The notes under the pieces were generated by a model that saw nothing but the letters and a program-made list of their open reading frames with translations, was not told the DNA's origin and did not search any database. From positions 1 to 64,000 of IMG/VR virus record IMGVR_UViG_3300027776_000002: 64,000 nt of DNA; one strand, 5' to 3'. This DNA comes from a virus (taxonomy: Duplodnaviria; Caudoviricetes). How positions within the stretch are numbered: position 1 is the first letter of the stretch; every line of letters begins with the position of its first letter. The position numbers and the translations under genes are program-made. Positions 46,701-55,167 of this stretch are shown piece by piece.

Positions 46701-48443
46701 TGCAACCTCCCGAGCCATACGCTGAATCGCTTCAGGACGAGAAGCCGAACCAGTAAGAATAGCCTTCTGTTCATCGGGAATCGAATTAAATTCTTCCGAG
46801 TTCGGATCGAATGCCATCGCTTGGGTCAGAGTGGAGACGTATTCCTGCGATGCAGCTTTCTCTTCCGAAGTGGCATGCGAGTTTTGGATGGCATCATTGA
46901 TAGTCGAAGCATCGAAAGTAGCAGTAGAAACATTCGCAGCAGCACGCTCCTGTATCGCTTCATCAGCGACAGGAGATGCTTTTTCCATATTGCGGATACG
47001 TTCTGCACCACGCTCAACGAGTGCATTAAAGAGTGGAACACCCTTGTCGATCAGTGGTTGAACAGCAGCCCGAGTACCACGATAGACATGCTTGGCAGCT
47101 ACGACAGATGCTTGTGCAGTAACACCAGGAGCTTGAACAGCACCAGCCGAGGTTGCACCGTACAAAGCACCTTGTGCAGTCTGTTCACCAACACCTTCAG
47201 AAAGCACACGATTTTCATCAGCATACTTTTGAGCAGCGATATTTTGAGCAAGTCCACCAGTAGTCGATTGAATGGCTTCTTCAAGCGGTTCTTTAACCAG
47301 TGTATTCGTGAGAGCCGAACCAATAGAACGAACATGAAATGGACGTTCAGCAAAACGAGTAAGTGAACCAGCAGCAACACCAATCGGAGCTTGAATGGCA
47401 GCTGCAAAAAGTGCAGATCGATTAGCGACTTGGATTCGTGCTTCTTCTGGTGTAGCACCCGCAGCGACTAATTCACGATATGTAGGAGAGTTTTCTTGCA
47501 GTTGTTCAAACGACATGCTGAGCACATCGCTGGAAGTCTGCGAATAAGCACCACCAGCTTCGAGACCAGCAGTCACCAAAGGCCATCTAGCCCATTCGGC
47601 AGCAGTACCCAACCGACCAGTATTAGCAATACCCAAGGACTTCATGGCAGCCCCACCAATGAGCTTCAGCCCCTTGGAGATAGGACCACCAGCCAGAAAC
47701 GAACCACCCGCCTCAGCAGTTCCTTGAGCAAGCATGGTGGAGTTCTGCGCAGAATTCGCAAGAGTATCGACAGTATCTCGGCCCCAACGACGAAGATCAG
47801 CAACAATTTCCGAACTACCATCTTCGATTTCGTTTTCGCGCTTCAGCGTATTATCACGATAATCGAGAGACGATTGTGCACGCTGAACACGACGAGCAGC
47901 ATTCACACCATTAGATTGCTGTTTTTCAACCCACTGCATTCCCTGCTGAACTTTGTCACCAACCCAGGTACCAGCTTCAGCATCAACAAGACCAGTACCC
48001 AAAGCAGCAAGCCCACCAAGGCTTCCACCAAATCCAGCACCAATACCGGAAACCGTATCACCGAGAATTTGTGGACCCGTTCGGTTGTTCGACTGAAGAA
48101 TATCTTTGAAGAATTGCGTTCCAGCACCAGCTTGATCATTCAACAAATCAACAGCCGAAGATCCGTACTTCAAATACAGATCAAGAGGCTGCATAGTCCG
48201 AAGATCAGTCTCCAATGGAGACATACTTTGCACACCAAGTTGGTTTCCCTGCCCAGCAGCAATTTGGTAAAAATCAGGAATACCCTGCATCGGAGAAAGT
48301 GCAACTTTCTTTTCCACAGATGCTTGCGCTACTTGGGCTTGCTTTTCGAGGAATGGATTGTTCAGGACAGGGCTAGCATCAACACCAGTTGCAGGAGTGA
48401 TGGGAGCAGCAGCCTGATCCAGAAGACGCTGGAAATCCGTCAT
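37758..48443 (-). CDS. Virion-encapsidated RNA polymerase (vRNAP, ~3561 aa)
   Basis: YNMSRVGRMQ, motif A LEADGVTNG, motif B RGIAKNPLTITVYG, motif C KIFDG; no Cys noticed on reading (an N4 vRNAP trait); likely start MTDFQ. Confidence 0.98.
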   Translation of the reverse strand: MTDFQRLLDQAAAPITPATGVDASPVLNNPFLEKQAQVAQASVEKKVALSPMQGIPDFYQIAAGQGNQLGVQSMSPLETDLRTMQPLDLYLKYGSSAVDLLNDQAGAGTQFFKDILQSNNRTGPQILGDTVSGIGAGFGGSLGGLAALGTGLVDAEAGTWVGDKVQQGMQWVEKQQSNGVNAARRVQRAQSSLDYRDNTLKRENEIEDGSSEIVADLRRWGRDTVDTLANSAQNSTMLAQGTAEAGGSFLAGGPISKGLKLIGGAAMKSLGIANTGRLGTAAEWARWPLVTAGLEAGGAYSQTSSDVLSMSFEQLQENSPTYRELVAAGATPEEARIQVANRSALFAAAIQAPIGVAAGSLTRFAERPFHVRSIGSALTNTLVKEPLEEAIQSTTGGLAQNIAAQKYADENRVLSEGVGEQTAQGALYGATSAGAVQAPGVTAQASVVAAKHVYRGTRAAVQPLIDKGVPLFNALVERGAERIRNMEKASPVADEAIQERAAANVSTATFDASTINDAIQNSHATSEEKAASQEYVSTLTQAMAFDPNSEEFNSIPDEQKAILTGSASRPEAIQRMAREVARLDGADQLRAATSLHMLMEPFYNLQESDPSAVDSVAMQNPQINQALQQYETIVADIENTPSVQRALRAINEMVSKNQVDANIKPVTEESLGTVEGQQNVRNALVISSLHPDRGNLEANENILTHAANGKIALTPQQQATLRASTQLLRARQAMEAEIKAKGLRSAKDVVSEQVVAGNDPLRKIALSALGHTQGILSAVRGKNNDLAAARLEDFGKFVQHMQNKIGALNAHFATGNVSSSPVKYQALQPNTERDFKESRDGMYVNTRSPKSIDQAQSIALEGKILSDVYNGLTETFPDLAQPRIEAVSLAAELQGNPDELAQKFRSPTPVQESISNEQTTVSAIPASSTTVESKPAPITNVQDKPTSTKTESTSKVVRTNVKPEIRYEESEVAGVQSIKAFSGDQEVGELLYTLDDSMDQSVTVDEGFRRQGIATTMYKMARAKGAQLNNAQNQSEEGKAFRQAFDSKTEETTPVVSTKTAPTGIETAFPNLYKGVRNLFLESFQFPQEPKTRLYAEESPAASVRRALSSNLRLQSFLTGSSRNTLSKEAADAYQTLLSDKQEGNTLGHLLSNVENNLQEFLRTKGKKFGENGVEANRWRNGKVLNLVEQTDDGFQYNTQIIEQAGLAAMQWLLSANQYESNMDEQDVSEITNIPVYELTPAIIERVTSGMSMEQAVRSLGQKISNYWGLNGKRDADIAYVDGIPQAMASEMIRGLRDMGLLNIETTEISKEQFSVKENRTIQRYIVARLDDNDPIRTFQDAIENAVMIAPEHTNYFGDEVPAVAERQMNNPEVPNTSAQKDALEKEQQTPFYINRPMVSFFTAMGRESLLSLFGTVIKNPEDWNVNHLSSLEGQNTSVVSAYNHMLDVAYDLTNFAETASKNADDVPIRYGYNMSRVGRMQMLGKYNPQSSKLVREAFLPTRVTVDLANQNNANWDAYTLGLAQAFGIKVHNLPLETSQIQLNQMLSGELAPVIMMLQDWLKIADFDNPLSGEETFTSEQVDQIRTAFKKAGADLTMASLHAVVDYARLQNTDDKSKFTTSIYLEADGVTNGPINAMALMTIGEFQQDWLKNIRKGGLVIGDAQTMADIRAEDPKDLYQASTDATRENLSFLRRQLAQQKNSAEVLEQMNQLLSMMGLFSSDVTFNPDRAWEDGALEMKRGIAKNPLTITVYGSGAAGIAGKLVGQLTTEIYARMSAVIQARNDNPNITLSEAMFPNDPDAQVKMDRFQSAYNALTRQKPVWSKGELVFESLGQRRTTFNPHNFTFDQSELEAMNANMLQLFVEPMRQGIEDTVGSRLMKAVGILRDSAQIQSIILENQFVQAIDTALAEKEANDPNWKRGEFLSRAEIEKIQRKLQTIAPLVQTGDQSFMIASNQRLEVRGNDLEISAALDDTMRASASIYAPGQAGVRAIPMLTIGMGDGMMMQLLAQAGLEGTLKIFDGMNMPLDKIKEYSLQANEAVYESWKGNPLREMSKTFSRFMKNFDNAFINDQTYDALTRILFTPQERGDSKNSKFTPDQIRERIDAMQANLKWSADSIDARHEALQSMPISLDQMAAAAVPYQNGRIAINLTSEQTLAELNKRYNTIMQGGSLNPEVTVAPIKVVAPAKPTPEMEKVGRLHSTGARILSWTAMTKLAPTMTEAQKIIFDEIRRSLAAKQYKVISGTVDQLDAYIEQKGLNPRPDQEVFGWTNIGDNTIYMVNPTIETMVHELVHAASYETVLAYYNREDLGPNSKEITSAITRLETMMEEFLTLDDKSSSYTSAREAILSSNLESDQAVAQAKALNEFMAWGLTNEQLTEALKKKQVPSLVQMAKDVIKAIKQMIWGRKIAPKSVDDFLSNLQFNSGIIIRSQPSISTINRDGELFHSTNYGNNERLKGVRTAFGRKILDYLGDEKLSLKDKLRQVRVSDAQMAAIDVALSMNAHGFPMTMQESATFRMIVTALATEAEIDPNALSRAQELYTHVSKNLKIEDFMADPESLDPAARYYAQEKYDSVMGKHIIRTDDVGRSSLLPAFLGLATVSDEFRTVLGKIEVPNKAKNTDGSLDAMLENASNSVMDSLSKRLAGDTSSKNVQQAVDNLIQHVKKVAQDEQTFLDQYASKAGGIMDRMNTYVVDGMEKLSDIAMEKATEVEKNAKNELTKFAARSTKLVAAMATEKNGAIVAEQTMVMVNKSKLWEPLQKLMSDLVGRTNSNALVYDMIKVTRSMVQQVRQQFREETPRIIISKFTNKITPEQNASMFNAMGKTDLAVLRDTMSHADIQKLFSDQTTLDNEINKLEQLIQSHDKNHYGLIKQKAQQLANFMNTGVPGKNLLRNAYSIANLFGQTVGRGYKTPPKNIINALDKLITLYAIEGLDQSDRSNITSLVQSETDGLSFTLDYLVGQRKEEVSKSSKGKARINAYKGFIPSEQEQGVSLVVQDDKNFSQLRQMGYVRVADYKGSSTERRVSSRGYYYAPLSGRAMFNQGIMQNVRHTAGGVDSVTGFTVAQMAGRVTDRTEVRRLSAQMRNETATEEALMPVYDDYGTVVAMERPISATQWKRVMPPQNLPRIIGVWRGRQAEEGMSQIYNEKLIDALRAMYDEDMLASSSNQKQYINLLNPKLLNQVQQDAVNLFTDETLAYIREKFGEQFWVRKDMLDDAIGYRSASVGDFWTGNSKWSKETQDTVKNLVAAFSLDGYKLLVKSEQVIQNLMADARTLIVVKSMVVPVYNFMSNVYQLMARGVPMLDITYSMPKKLAEIDSFAKTRLRQIDAEAELRATENPIEQRKLKAEIQSITDSHKRLGIWPLIEAGEFSTIADVGMINEDLELTSGKLVQYMERMVNKLPEKVRNAGRYALITRDTALFQGLQKSVQYGDFIAKAVLYDDLVKRQKKSKEYAMGRVTEEFVNYDRLPGRFRSYLENMGLLWFYNYKIRISKVALSMIRNNPVHALMTSMMPVPIDGIDLPFEDNIIMKTIDGSLGWSMGPGMALRAPTLNPWWNLVN

Positions 48444-48489
48444 GAGAGTCGTCCTGTTCAGTGGGTTAGATCGAGTGCGCAGTATAGAC

Positions 48490-48520
48490 AGAAAGCCCCG
48501 CAATGCGGGGCTTCTTTTTT
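48490..48520. terminator. Terminator-like hairpin upstream of vRNAP
   Basis: AAGCCCCGC-AAT-GCGGGGCTT with T runs on both strands. Confidence 0.65.
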
Positions 48521-50603
48521 ACTGTCGAGCCGGTCGAATGATGCGATCGATGTCGCTGTCGGTGGGGGTACGTCGAGTCTTGATCAAACCCATCAGCATA
48601 TCCATCCAGTCCTCTTCATTCGGCTTTGTCGTGTCAAAGTTTGGACGCCAGTTCGGATTTTGAGCTACCTTGGTTTGAACGGCATTCATCACAGCAGCCG
48701 CTTCTTCCACAGCAGCGCGGAAGCGTGGAAGATTAGCAGCAGCACCAGGACGAGACTGAGCATCGATCAATGCAGCTTGATATTGCTGCAACGCACTTTG
48801 ATATTTCGCTTGTGCAGCTTGCGAAACCTGCGACATTGCCCCCATCGATTCATTCGCAAGTGTACGCTGTGAAGTCTTGCCTGAGAGATAATCGTCCATC
48901 GTGGCTCGGAGATTATCATCATTGATTCGAATACCTCCTGCCAAGTTTGGAGTAATTTCATTACCTCCAAAAGCAGCAGGACCACGCCATAACTTGGAAA
49001 GAAGACCGTCCGCCTGTTCTGTATTGGCAGACATCATCGCACCAGCCATCGCTGGATTGATTCGACCCCCACTCTTGTTAACGATGTGGTTGATTTGATC
49101 CAGCAGGAATCCACGATTGGTACCAGCGAATGCACCACCCTTATCAGCAAGAGCAGTTGCTACTTGATTCGCATCACGAGAATCGGAAGCCAGATTTGCG
49201 TAATTTGCAGAAATACCAGTGGCATTGTTCTGACCAAGACGTTCTTGCAATGTACGATCCACCATATGAGCAGCAAAGTTTGCTTCTGGCCCAGTTGGAC
49301 TTGGGGCGCCAAATCGCTGGCCGTAGTCAGAAAGACGAGTGCCATTCGCATCAGCTGGATTGATCTTGCCACCACTCGTGATGAATTTTTGCACACCACC
49401 GATACCACCGAGATGCGCCATGCCACGAATCGAATCGCGATCAATAACAACACCACCAATGTTTTGACCGTAGAAACGATCCAGACCCATGTTCTTCGCT
49501 TGCTGATCAATATCAGCGAAGTGCCAATCGGCTACTTTGTCTTGTACATCTTTCCCGGATGTACGGAACTGTTCTGGTGTCATGTTTTGCGGGATGACAC
49601 CAGCACGTTTCGCATCAGCCAGACGATCCTGTCCGAATTGCAGTGCACCAAAATGACCACGCTTACCGCCAGAGCCAACTGCATTGTTTGAGGCACCATA
49701 ATTGCCACCACTTTCACTTCCAAGGAGACCAACAGATTGCGCCCATGCAGCACCGCTACTCGGACGTTGAGCAGTCTCGCCAGCAACTCCACCACTGGCA
49801 CCAGCACCACCGGAACCAAGAGGAGCATAGACATTTCCGTAACCATAATTACCGAGACCTTGCATCGCTTTGGAAAAAGCCTCGGGAGACATTTGGCCAG
49901 ACATGCGTTCCAACGCAGCACGAGCATCGGTTGGAGTAGCTGAAGTACGAAGCACTTCGATGAGCGCAGCATTCGCCTGATCGCCAGCATTGTCATTGCG
50001 AATGTTTCGGCCGAATCCGTAACGATCTTCTGTCAGTCGTTGACTCGTGACATCACGAGCAAGATCACGAGTAGCGAGTTGATCCACATCGCCAAGTACA
50101 CCAGCATATTGATCCGGGCGTAAACCTGGAATCTTCTGGAGCGTGGCAAGCGCAGTGTTCATCTGACCAGCAGCAGCCAGCGAACGAGCAGTGTTGATTG
50201 CATCCGAATTCTGATCGAGAATCTGATTACCACTAATCGTACGATCACGACCGTATTGAGTAAACGCTTGATCTTGTGCGTTATACCCACGTTGGTCAGT
50301 TTTCATTGCACGATTAACAAGCGTATCAGCATACTCACCAACACCACGCAAAGTGGCTAGCGATGCACGGCTCCCATCTGCGCCAATCACTGCATTTGGA
50401 TTGAATTGCGTTGGATCAGTAACACCTACCATCCGTTGCAGGATTGCACGATCAGCAGCTTGTGCATTCGCATTACGGATGGTATCAACCATTTCTGTTC
50501 CAGACTGCGTGGCATTACTGAGCAATTGACTCATAACGCGATAACTATCTGCAATCCCCGAAAAATTCGGAGATGCGACATTATCCCAAGTCAGTCGAGC
50601 CAT
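48519..50603 (-). CDS. Internal virion protein (N4 gp51 position) with lysozyme-like domain
   Basis: SESGGNYGASN...GHFGALQFG...MAHLGG.GG at ~49310-49750; synteny. Confidence 0.8.
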   Translation of the reverse strand: MARLTWDNVASPNFSGIADSYRVMSQLLSNATQSGTEMVDTIRNANAQAADRAILQRMVGVTDPTQFNPNAVIGADGSRASLATLRGVGEYADTLVNRAMKTDQRGYNAQDQAFTQYGRDRTISGNQILDQNSDAINTARSLAAAGQMNTALATLQKIPGLRPDQYAGVLGDVDQLATRDLARDVTSQRLTEDRYGFGRNIRNDNAGDQANAALIEVLRTSATPTDARAALERMSGQMSPEAFSKAMQGLGNYGYGNVYAPLGSGGAGASGGVAGETAQRPSSGAAWAQSVGLLGSESGGNYGASNNAVGSGGKRGHFGALQFGQDRLADAKRAGVIPQNMTPEQFRTSGKDVQDKVADWHFADIDQQAKNMGLDRFYGQNIGGVVIDRDSIRGMAHLGGIGGVQKFITSGGKINPADANGTRLSDYGQRFGAPSPTGPEANFAAHMVDRTLQERLGQNNATGISANYANLASDSRDANQVATALADKGGAFAGTNRGFLLDQINHIVNKSGGRINPAMAGAMMSANTEQADGLLSKLWRGPAAFGGNEITPNLAGGIRINDDNLRATMDDYLSGKTSQRTLANESMGAMSQVSQAAQAKYQSALQQYQAALIDAQSRPGAAANLPRFRAAVEEAAAVMNAVQTKVAQNPNWRPNFDTTKPNEEDWMDMLMGLIKTRRTPTDSDIDRIIRPARQ

Positions 50604-50613
50604 GATTTACTCC

Positions 50614-51000
50614 TTAGCCGCCAAGAAGACGATTCTTATCGATGTATGCTTGCTGCTCGGCGGAAGTTTGACCTTCAGCCGCAGCTCGGGAACGAGCACG
50701 ATCTTCCAATGCAGTGTTATACGAAGCGATTTGATTATTGAGATTTGCCGTAGCGATTCGCTTGGTAAAATTCAACTGATCTTTCGCCAACTTATTGGAC
50801 TGCCATGCCCCCCAAATGTTGCCGATGGTGTTTAACCCCTGCATACCGAGTTGAAAAGTTGGTGCGTTCCAGCCTAACTGAAAACCAGATGCAGCAGCAT
50901 TTGGATCAGCACCCACCATTCCAGTATTAGCAGGTTGCTGCGGTACTTGATTCATGCCGTAGTTTTGCATGCCCCATTGGGCAGAAGGAATCCAAGACAT
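50614..51000 (-). CDS. Small virion protein (N4 gp52-like)
   Basis: Synteny; Q/N/G/A-rich. Confidence 0.75.
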   Translation of the reverse strand: MSWIPSAQWGMQNYGMNQVPQQPANTGMVGADPNAAASGFQLGWNAPTFQLGMQGLNTIGNIWGAWQSNKLAKDQLNFTKRIATANLNNQIASYNTALEDRARSRAAAEGQTSAEQQAYIDKNRLLGG

Positions 51001-51015
51001 AGTGTTCTCCGTGAA

Positions 51016-53535
51016 TCAGTATTGAAGATCGGTAGAGGTAGTGATTTCAGAAAAATTGGCAAGCATGTTAAGACTCATGTCTGCCACATCACTTCCGCAC
51101 ATGAGGGTACGTTGTAGGAATGAGTCCAAGGATTCTATATTGATCTCCAAGGTTTCAGTCAACTCAAAAACGTCGATATAGGCTCGGCCTATGCCGAGGT
51201 TTCTGGTCCAAGCCTCTCGAATTCTACGGGATTCTTCTTCATATTGGTCAAGTACATTCTGACTTTTTTGGTAAATTTCGGCCGTGGCAGCATTCATGTA
51301 TCCGGCATAGCCTTGCCCAAGCGCATTTGTGAGTGCAAGGATATTATCCGCACGCATCAATCCACTAAACGCTGTGCTGAGAGTTTGACCAGAAGCGACT
51401 GCATTACCAATGTTCAAAGCGACAATCGATACGATTGCACCGATGATCGCACCCCATTTCTCACCGAAGATCTTCGTAGAAACTCTAGTGATCAAACTAG
51501 TAATAACCATACTGGCAAGCACATAAATCGTCGCTGCAAGAATGATTGCCATTGTCGTACCACCAAGAGCAGCAGCCAATGCTGTTAGTACAGCTGGTGT
51601 ACTGGTGCCCCATGTCACGATAATAATAATAATTGCAACAACAATCAAAATGATCTTGAAAAGTGTCGTCTGATACCACTTCTGTTTGACGACCTTGTAA
51701 CAATTGAACACCATGAAAGAACACGCTGTCGCCATCTGGGTTCCGTCAACAAGTCCCATTGCACGATAGATGCCTTCATGAAGTGGAATAATGAATCCAG
51801 ATTCATCATTATCTTCAAGAGCTTCCTTTGCAGTAATTTCAACTGCCTTACCTTTATAGATAAGATTTCTATGCTTGAGACCTATGATACGTATCTTACG
51901 CCATGTCGTTTCAGTCTCTTGCCAATTTAGAATGATCTCATCAACTCCAACAGATGCAGTGAGAATTCGCTGCCATACGTTGTCTTGTTCACCCCACGCC
52001 GTCTCATTGAATTCACTAGTTGTACCAATCGAGAACCACAACTCATCTCGCTTGGCATCGGGCTTAATCAACCCAGTGCCCGTTGTTTCTTGAATTGCAT
52101 TCCACGAAACGGTCATGTCGTAATTCATGACCGGATTGGAGCCAGAGGACACCCGAATAGAGCTTCCAGGCATCGCTGGATAAGGCAGCTTTACTGGCTC
52201 GAGGGTTCCATAGAGTGGATCACCAGGATCGTTCTGTGCAGCGCCCCAGGCTGTCCAAACATCCCAAGAATCCTTGGCTTCCTCCCAAGCTATTCGCCAT
52301 GTGGCATAAGCAGCACTACCTGTTTCCGGGAAGTCGTTGATAATCTCCTGAAAGAATTTGTAGACGTATTTACGGGAAGCGTTTTCGAGTACATTCAACG
52401 ACACACCAAAAACAGTGTATGCGTAATCGATATCGTCAAGACTCTCATTGTTCGAGAGATCTTCGACCATTTTATCGAACTTACCGGTAGTTGCTTTTTT
52501 ATAGCCCTTCTTGGCTAGTGCATAAACTTCTGGTAAGTAAGTTTCACTGACGAATTTGTTGTTGATTCGGAATGGAATGAAAGGAAAAAACTGTCCCATT
52601 CCATCAGCTTGAACAAAAAGTGCATCAAGGACAGAGTTACCATTTCCTTCTTGGTAAATAAAGACGCGCATTGGAGTACGAGAAGATCCGTAAATCTTCT
52701 GCTCATCGATACGATACGAACGTATCGGTGGTGGTTCGACAGGTGGATCCGGAGGAGGATCTTCGGGTTCGCCAGGAAGTGTGTCTTGATACATCGTTTC
52801 CTTCAAAGAATACGTTGCATCTCGATCTGGTGCTTGCCCTATGTAGGTAGTACGTTCCCAAACACCATGAATCTCACCAGCACCATCATCGGTGTAGCTG
52901 ATTTCAGTCCATCCCGTGATGTCGGGGAAATCATCATCATCTTCAAGATCGACAACTTCACCTTCAACAACTGAATCCACTGCACCCATAGTTTCTTCGG
53001 TGTAGACAGCGTATAGATAAGAACCAAGAGGATCATATCCAATGGGAGTAAAACTACTCGTAGTGGTATCAGCCCAGAGAATGGTGATGGTATTAGTTTC
53101 TTCGTCGAAGTCAGTCGTATATTCAGTTGCTAGACGTTGCGGATAATTTAGAGAGATCCATTGATCCGCCCAGAATGTGTAATCCGCTGCGTCAATAGTG
53201 GCATTTTGAACTAAGATCGTGGAACCAAAAGAAGCAGGAATTTGTCCCGCCACTACAGAAATATCGACACTATTTGTCGTACTGATACTGCCCGTAACAA
53301 GACCGACCACATCATTGTAATCAGTGCGATCTGCCCAATTTGCAAATGAACGAAAACGCATCCCTGGACCTTTGAGATACGTATCTGTGATAACGCCAGA
53401 AATGGAAGGTTTATGATTCAAGACCGCTCCAAGAACGGTCGTCTTGAGAAAATTCGCACGTTGAGTTTCATCCCCCGCCATGTTGTACACGACGGAGGAG
53501 ACATAGGTCTTCTTCTTTCGACTGAAGATGCCCAT
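51016..53535 (-). CDS. Virion structural protein (N4 gp53-like)
   Basis: Start MGIFSRKKKTYVSS; C-terminal hydrophobic stretch; synteny. Confidence 0.85.
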   Translation of the reverse strand: MGIFSRKKKTYVSSVVYNMAGDETQRANFLKTTVLGAVLNHKPSISGVITDTYLKGPGMRFRSFANWADRTDYNDVVGLVTGSISTTNSVDISVVAGQIPASFGSTILVQNATIDAADYTFWADQWISLNYPQRLATEYTTDFDEETNTITILWADTTTSSFTPIGYDPLGSYLYAVYTEETMGAVDSVVEGEVVDLEDDDDFPDITGWTEISYTDDGAGEIHGVWERTTYIGQAPDRDATYSLKETMYQDTLPGEPEDPPPDPPVEPPPIRSYRIDEQKIYGSSRTPMRVFIYQEGNGNSVLDALFVQADGMGQFFPFIPFRINNKFVSETYLPEVYALAKKGYKKATTGKFDKMVEDLSNNESLDDIDYAYTVFGVSLNVLENASRKYVYKFFQEIINDFPETGSAAYATWRIAWEEAKDSWDVWTAWGAAQNDPGDPLYGTLEPVKLPYPAMPGSSIRVSSGSNPVMNYDMTVSWNAIQETTGTGLIKPDAKRDELWFSIGTTSEFNETAWGEQDNVWQRILTASVGVDEIILNWQETETTWRKIRIIGLKHRNLIYKGKAVEITAKEALEDNDESGFIIPLHEGIYRAMGLVDGTQMATACSFMVFNCYKVVKQKWYQTTLFKIILIVVAIIIIIVTWGTSTPAVLTALAAALGGTTMAIILAATIYVLASMVITSLITRVSTKIFGEKWGAIIGAIVSIVALNIGNAVASGQTLSTAFSGLMRADNILALTNALGQGYAGYMNAATAEIYQKSQNVLDQYEEESRRIREAWTRNLGIGRAYIDVFELTETLEINIESLDSFLQRTLMCGSDVADMSLNMLANFSEITTSTDLQY

Positions 53536-53539
53536 GTGA

Positions 53540-54382
53540 TTACGCACCCAAATTGTTATTTGTTTTAATAGTGGTGAGAATTGCATCAAGACTGCTGTTT
53601 GTAAAACCATCAGGTGGCAGCAAACCTTCGTCGATGGTTTTTTGCACAGTCCATGCATCAGCAAACATTTTCGCAGCCTTCATTTCAGCATCTCGCTGAT
53701 AACTCACAATTTGCTGGTTATAAAGATCCTTCTGTTTACCAAGCACACCAACAACCAACGCACCATCAGTACGATTATTGAGAGTCTGAGCACGAGCAGC
53801 TTCGGTTTGTTCCAGTAGCATCAACTTTTGCTGGGGCAGAATGTTAGCCAACTGGAATTCACCAGATGCAAAAGTCACATCTTCAGTTGCGAGCTTCAAT
53901 TTTGTCAGAGCGTAGTTCGCTCGGGAGTTGAGTGCTTCAAGCAACACAGCAGTGTATTGCACTTTGGCGGTTTCGAGTTGAACTCGTGCAGAGATTGCTT
54001 GTGCTTGTGCCGTGACAGCTTGCCAAAAAGCACCATCACGACCTAACAAGAATTGAACAGCACCAGCCATTGCATTGCCAGTGAGTGCAATGAAGGCTTT
54101 TGTATATTCAGCACCAGAAATTCGATTCGCATCAAATTCATCTCTAAGATGCACCTTAAAGCCAGTCATTAGTGCATCAAACGCACCATTCCCACCAACC
54201 ACACCAGTTGTCAAATCAGCATTCGTAAGACGACTGACTAACTTATAGAGGTCTGAATTGACATCACTTGGGAGTTTAAAAGATGGATCATCAAAATTGA
54301 TTTCTGGAATCGGAATGTTCTCGCCTTGCATCAGCGAAAGCATTAGTTGGTTTGCATTGATTGCGCCGCCGTGAATTGCCAT
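53540..54382 (-). CDS. Virion structural protein (N4 gp54-like)
   Basis: Synteny; AAGGAA RBS. Confidence 0.8.
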   Translation of the reverse strand: MAIHGGAINANQLMLSLMQGENIPIPEINFDDPSFKLPSDVNSDLYKLVSRLTNADLTTGVVGGNGAFDALMTGFKVHLRDEFDANRISGAEYTKAFIALTGNAMAGAVQFLLGRDGAFWQAVTAQAQAISARVQLETAKVQYTAVLLEALNSRANYALTKLKLATEDVTFASGEFQLANILPQQKLMLLEQTEAARAQTLNNRTDGALVVGVLGKQKDLYNQQIVSYQRDAEMKAAKMFADAWTVQKTIDEGLLPPDGFTNSSLDAILTTIKTNNNLGA

Positions 54383-54404
54383 TTTGCTTTCCTTGTGAAT
54401 TCAG

Positions 54405-54445
54405 AAAAAAGAACGGCCCATCAGACCATAAGATCTGTGGGCCGT
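54405..54445 (-). terminator. Intrinsic terminator
   Basis: ACGGCCCA/TGGGCCGT stem; TTCTTTTTT tail on minus strand. Confidence 0.75.
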
Positions 54446-54463
54446 CCACCAACGCTTTAAGGC

Positions 54464-55093
54464 TTAGCTCAAGCCGCCAGCAGCGAGTTGGGCCGTACCC
54501 AGGCGAGCGAGTTCGTCCTTCGTGAGTGGAGGCAGAACTTCAAGGGCAAATTCGAGCGCCCAATTTTGTTCCACCTTGATCACGTTGCCGTTTTTCTTAT
54601 CCTTGAACGTGCGAATGTTGAGAAACTTTCGCGTCTTTAGATTCTTGTAGAGGATGTACGGAACGTGGTATCCGTCTTCGGTGACTTCACCATAGGGGAT
54701 GAATTTTGACACGGTTCCGAGGAAGTTATTGGCGACAGTAAAAATCTCACCAGGAAGATCTTTTTTCTTTGGATCCATGTTGGTGATACGCAGACGCACC
54801 AATCGCATGTTTTCACGCGTCAGACGTTGACGAAGGGTTTCCTTCTTGGGAGTCGGATTCGCTGGATCATTGAGCGATGGTACGTCGGTAGATGGAATTT
54901 CCGAAATGTCATCAGATGGCGGATTGCTAGTACTCGACATCTTGTCTGCAATCTTCTGACGCAGCGTTTCGATGCCGATGTTGTTCGAGAACGGGATTCC
55001 CATCATCGTGGCACGCTGTTTGAGCATAGTCATTTCATCTGGCATTTGCTCGTTACCGTTGCCATCGTTTTCTTGGGTTTGATCGGTGCTCAT
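54464..55093 (-). CDS. Conserved N4-like protein (gp55-like)
   Basis: LKQRATMMGIPFSNNIGIETLRQKI; synteny downstream of capsid. Confidence 0.8.
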   Translation of the reverse strand: MSTDQTQENDGNGNEQMPDEMTMLKQRATMMGIPFSNNIGIETLRQKIADKMSSTSNPPSDDISEIPSTDVPSLNDPANPTPKKETLRQRLTRENMRLVRLRITNMDPKKKDLPGEIFTVANNFLGTVSKFIPYGEVTEDGYHVPYILYKNLKTRKFLNIRTFKDKKNGNVIKVEQNWALEFALEVLPPLTKDELARLGTAQLAAGGLS

Positions 55094-55114
55094 TTCTTGG
55101 TCCTTGTTAGAAGT

Positions 55115-55146
55115 TGGAACCAGGGAGATTTTTCTCCCTGGTTCCA
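55115..55146 (-). other. 14-bp hairpin 3' of the capsid gene (mRNA-stabilising or partial terminator)
   Basis: TGGAACCAGGGAGA/TCTCCCTGGTTCCA without a strong U tract. Confidence 0.5.
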
Positions 55147-55167
55147 GTTGCTTCGATGGTCAGTTTA

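Noticed and set aside
38640-48872. Long + strand ORFs opposite vRNAP and gp51 (295, 238, 261, 236 and 458 aa)
   Set aside because: Antisense shadows of a long biased coding frame, with no RBS or recognisable motifs.
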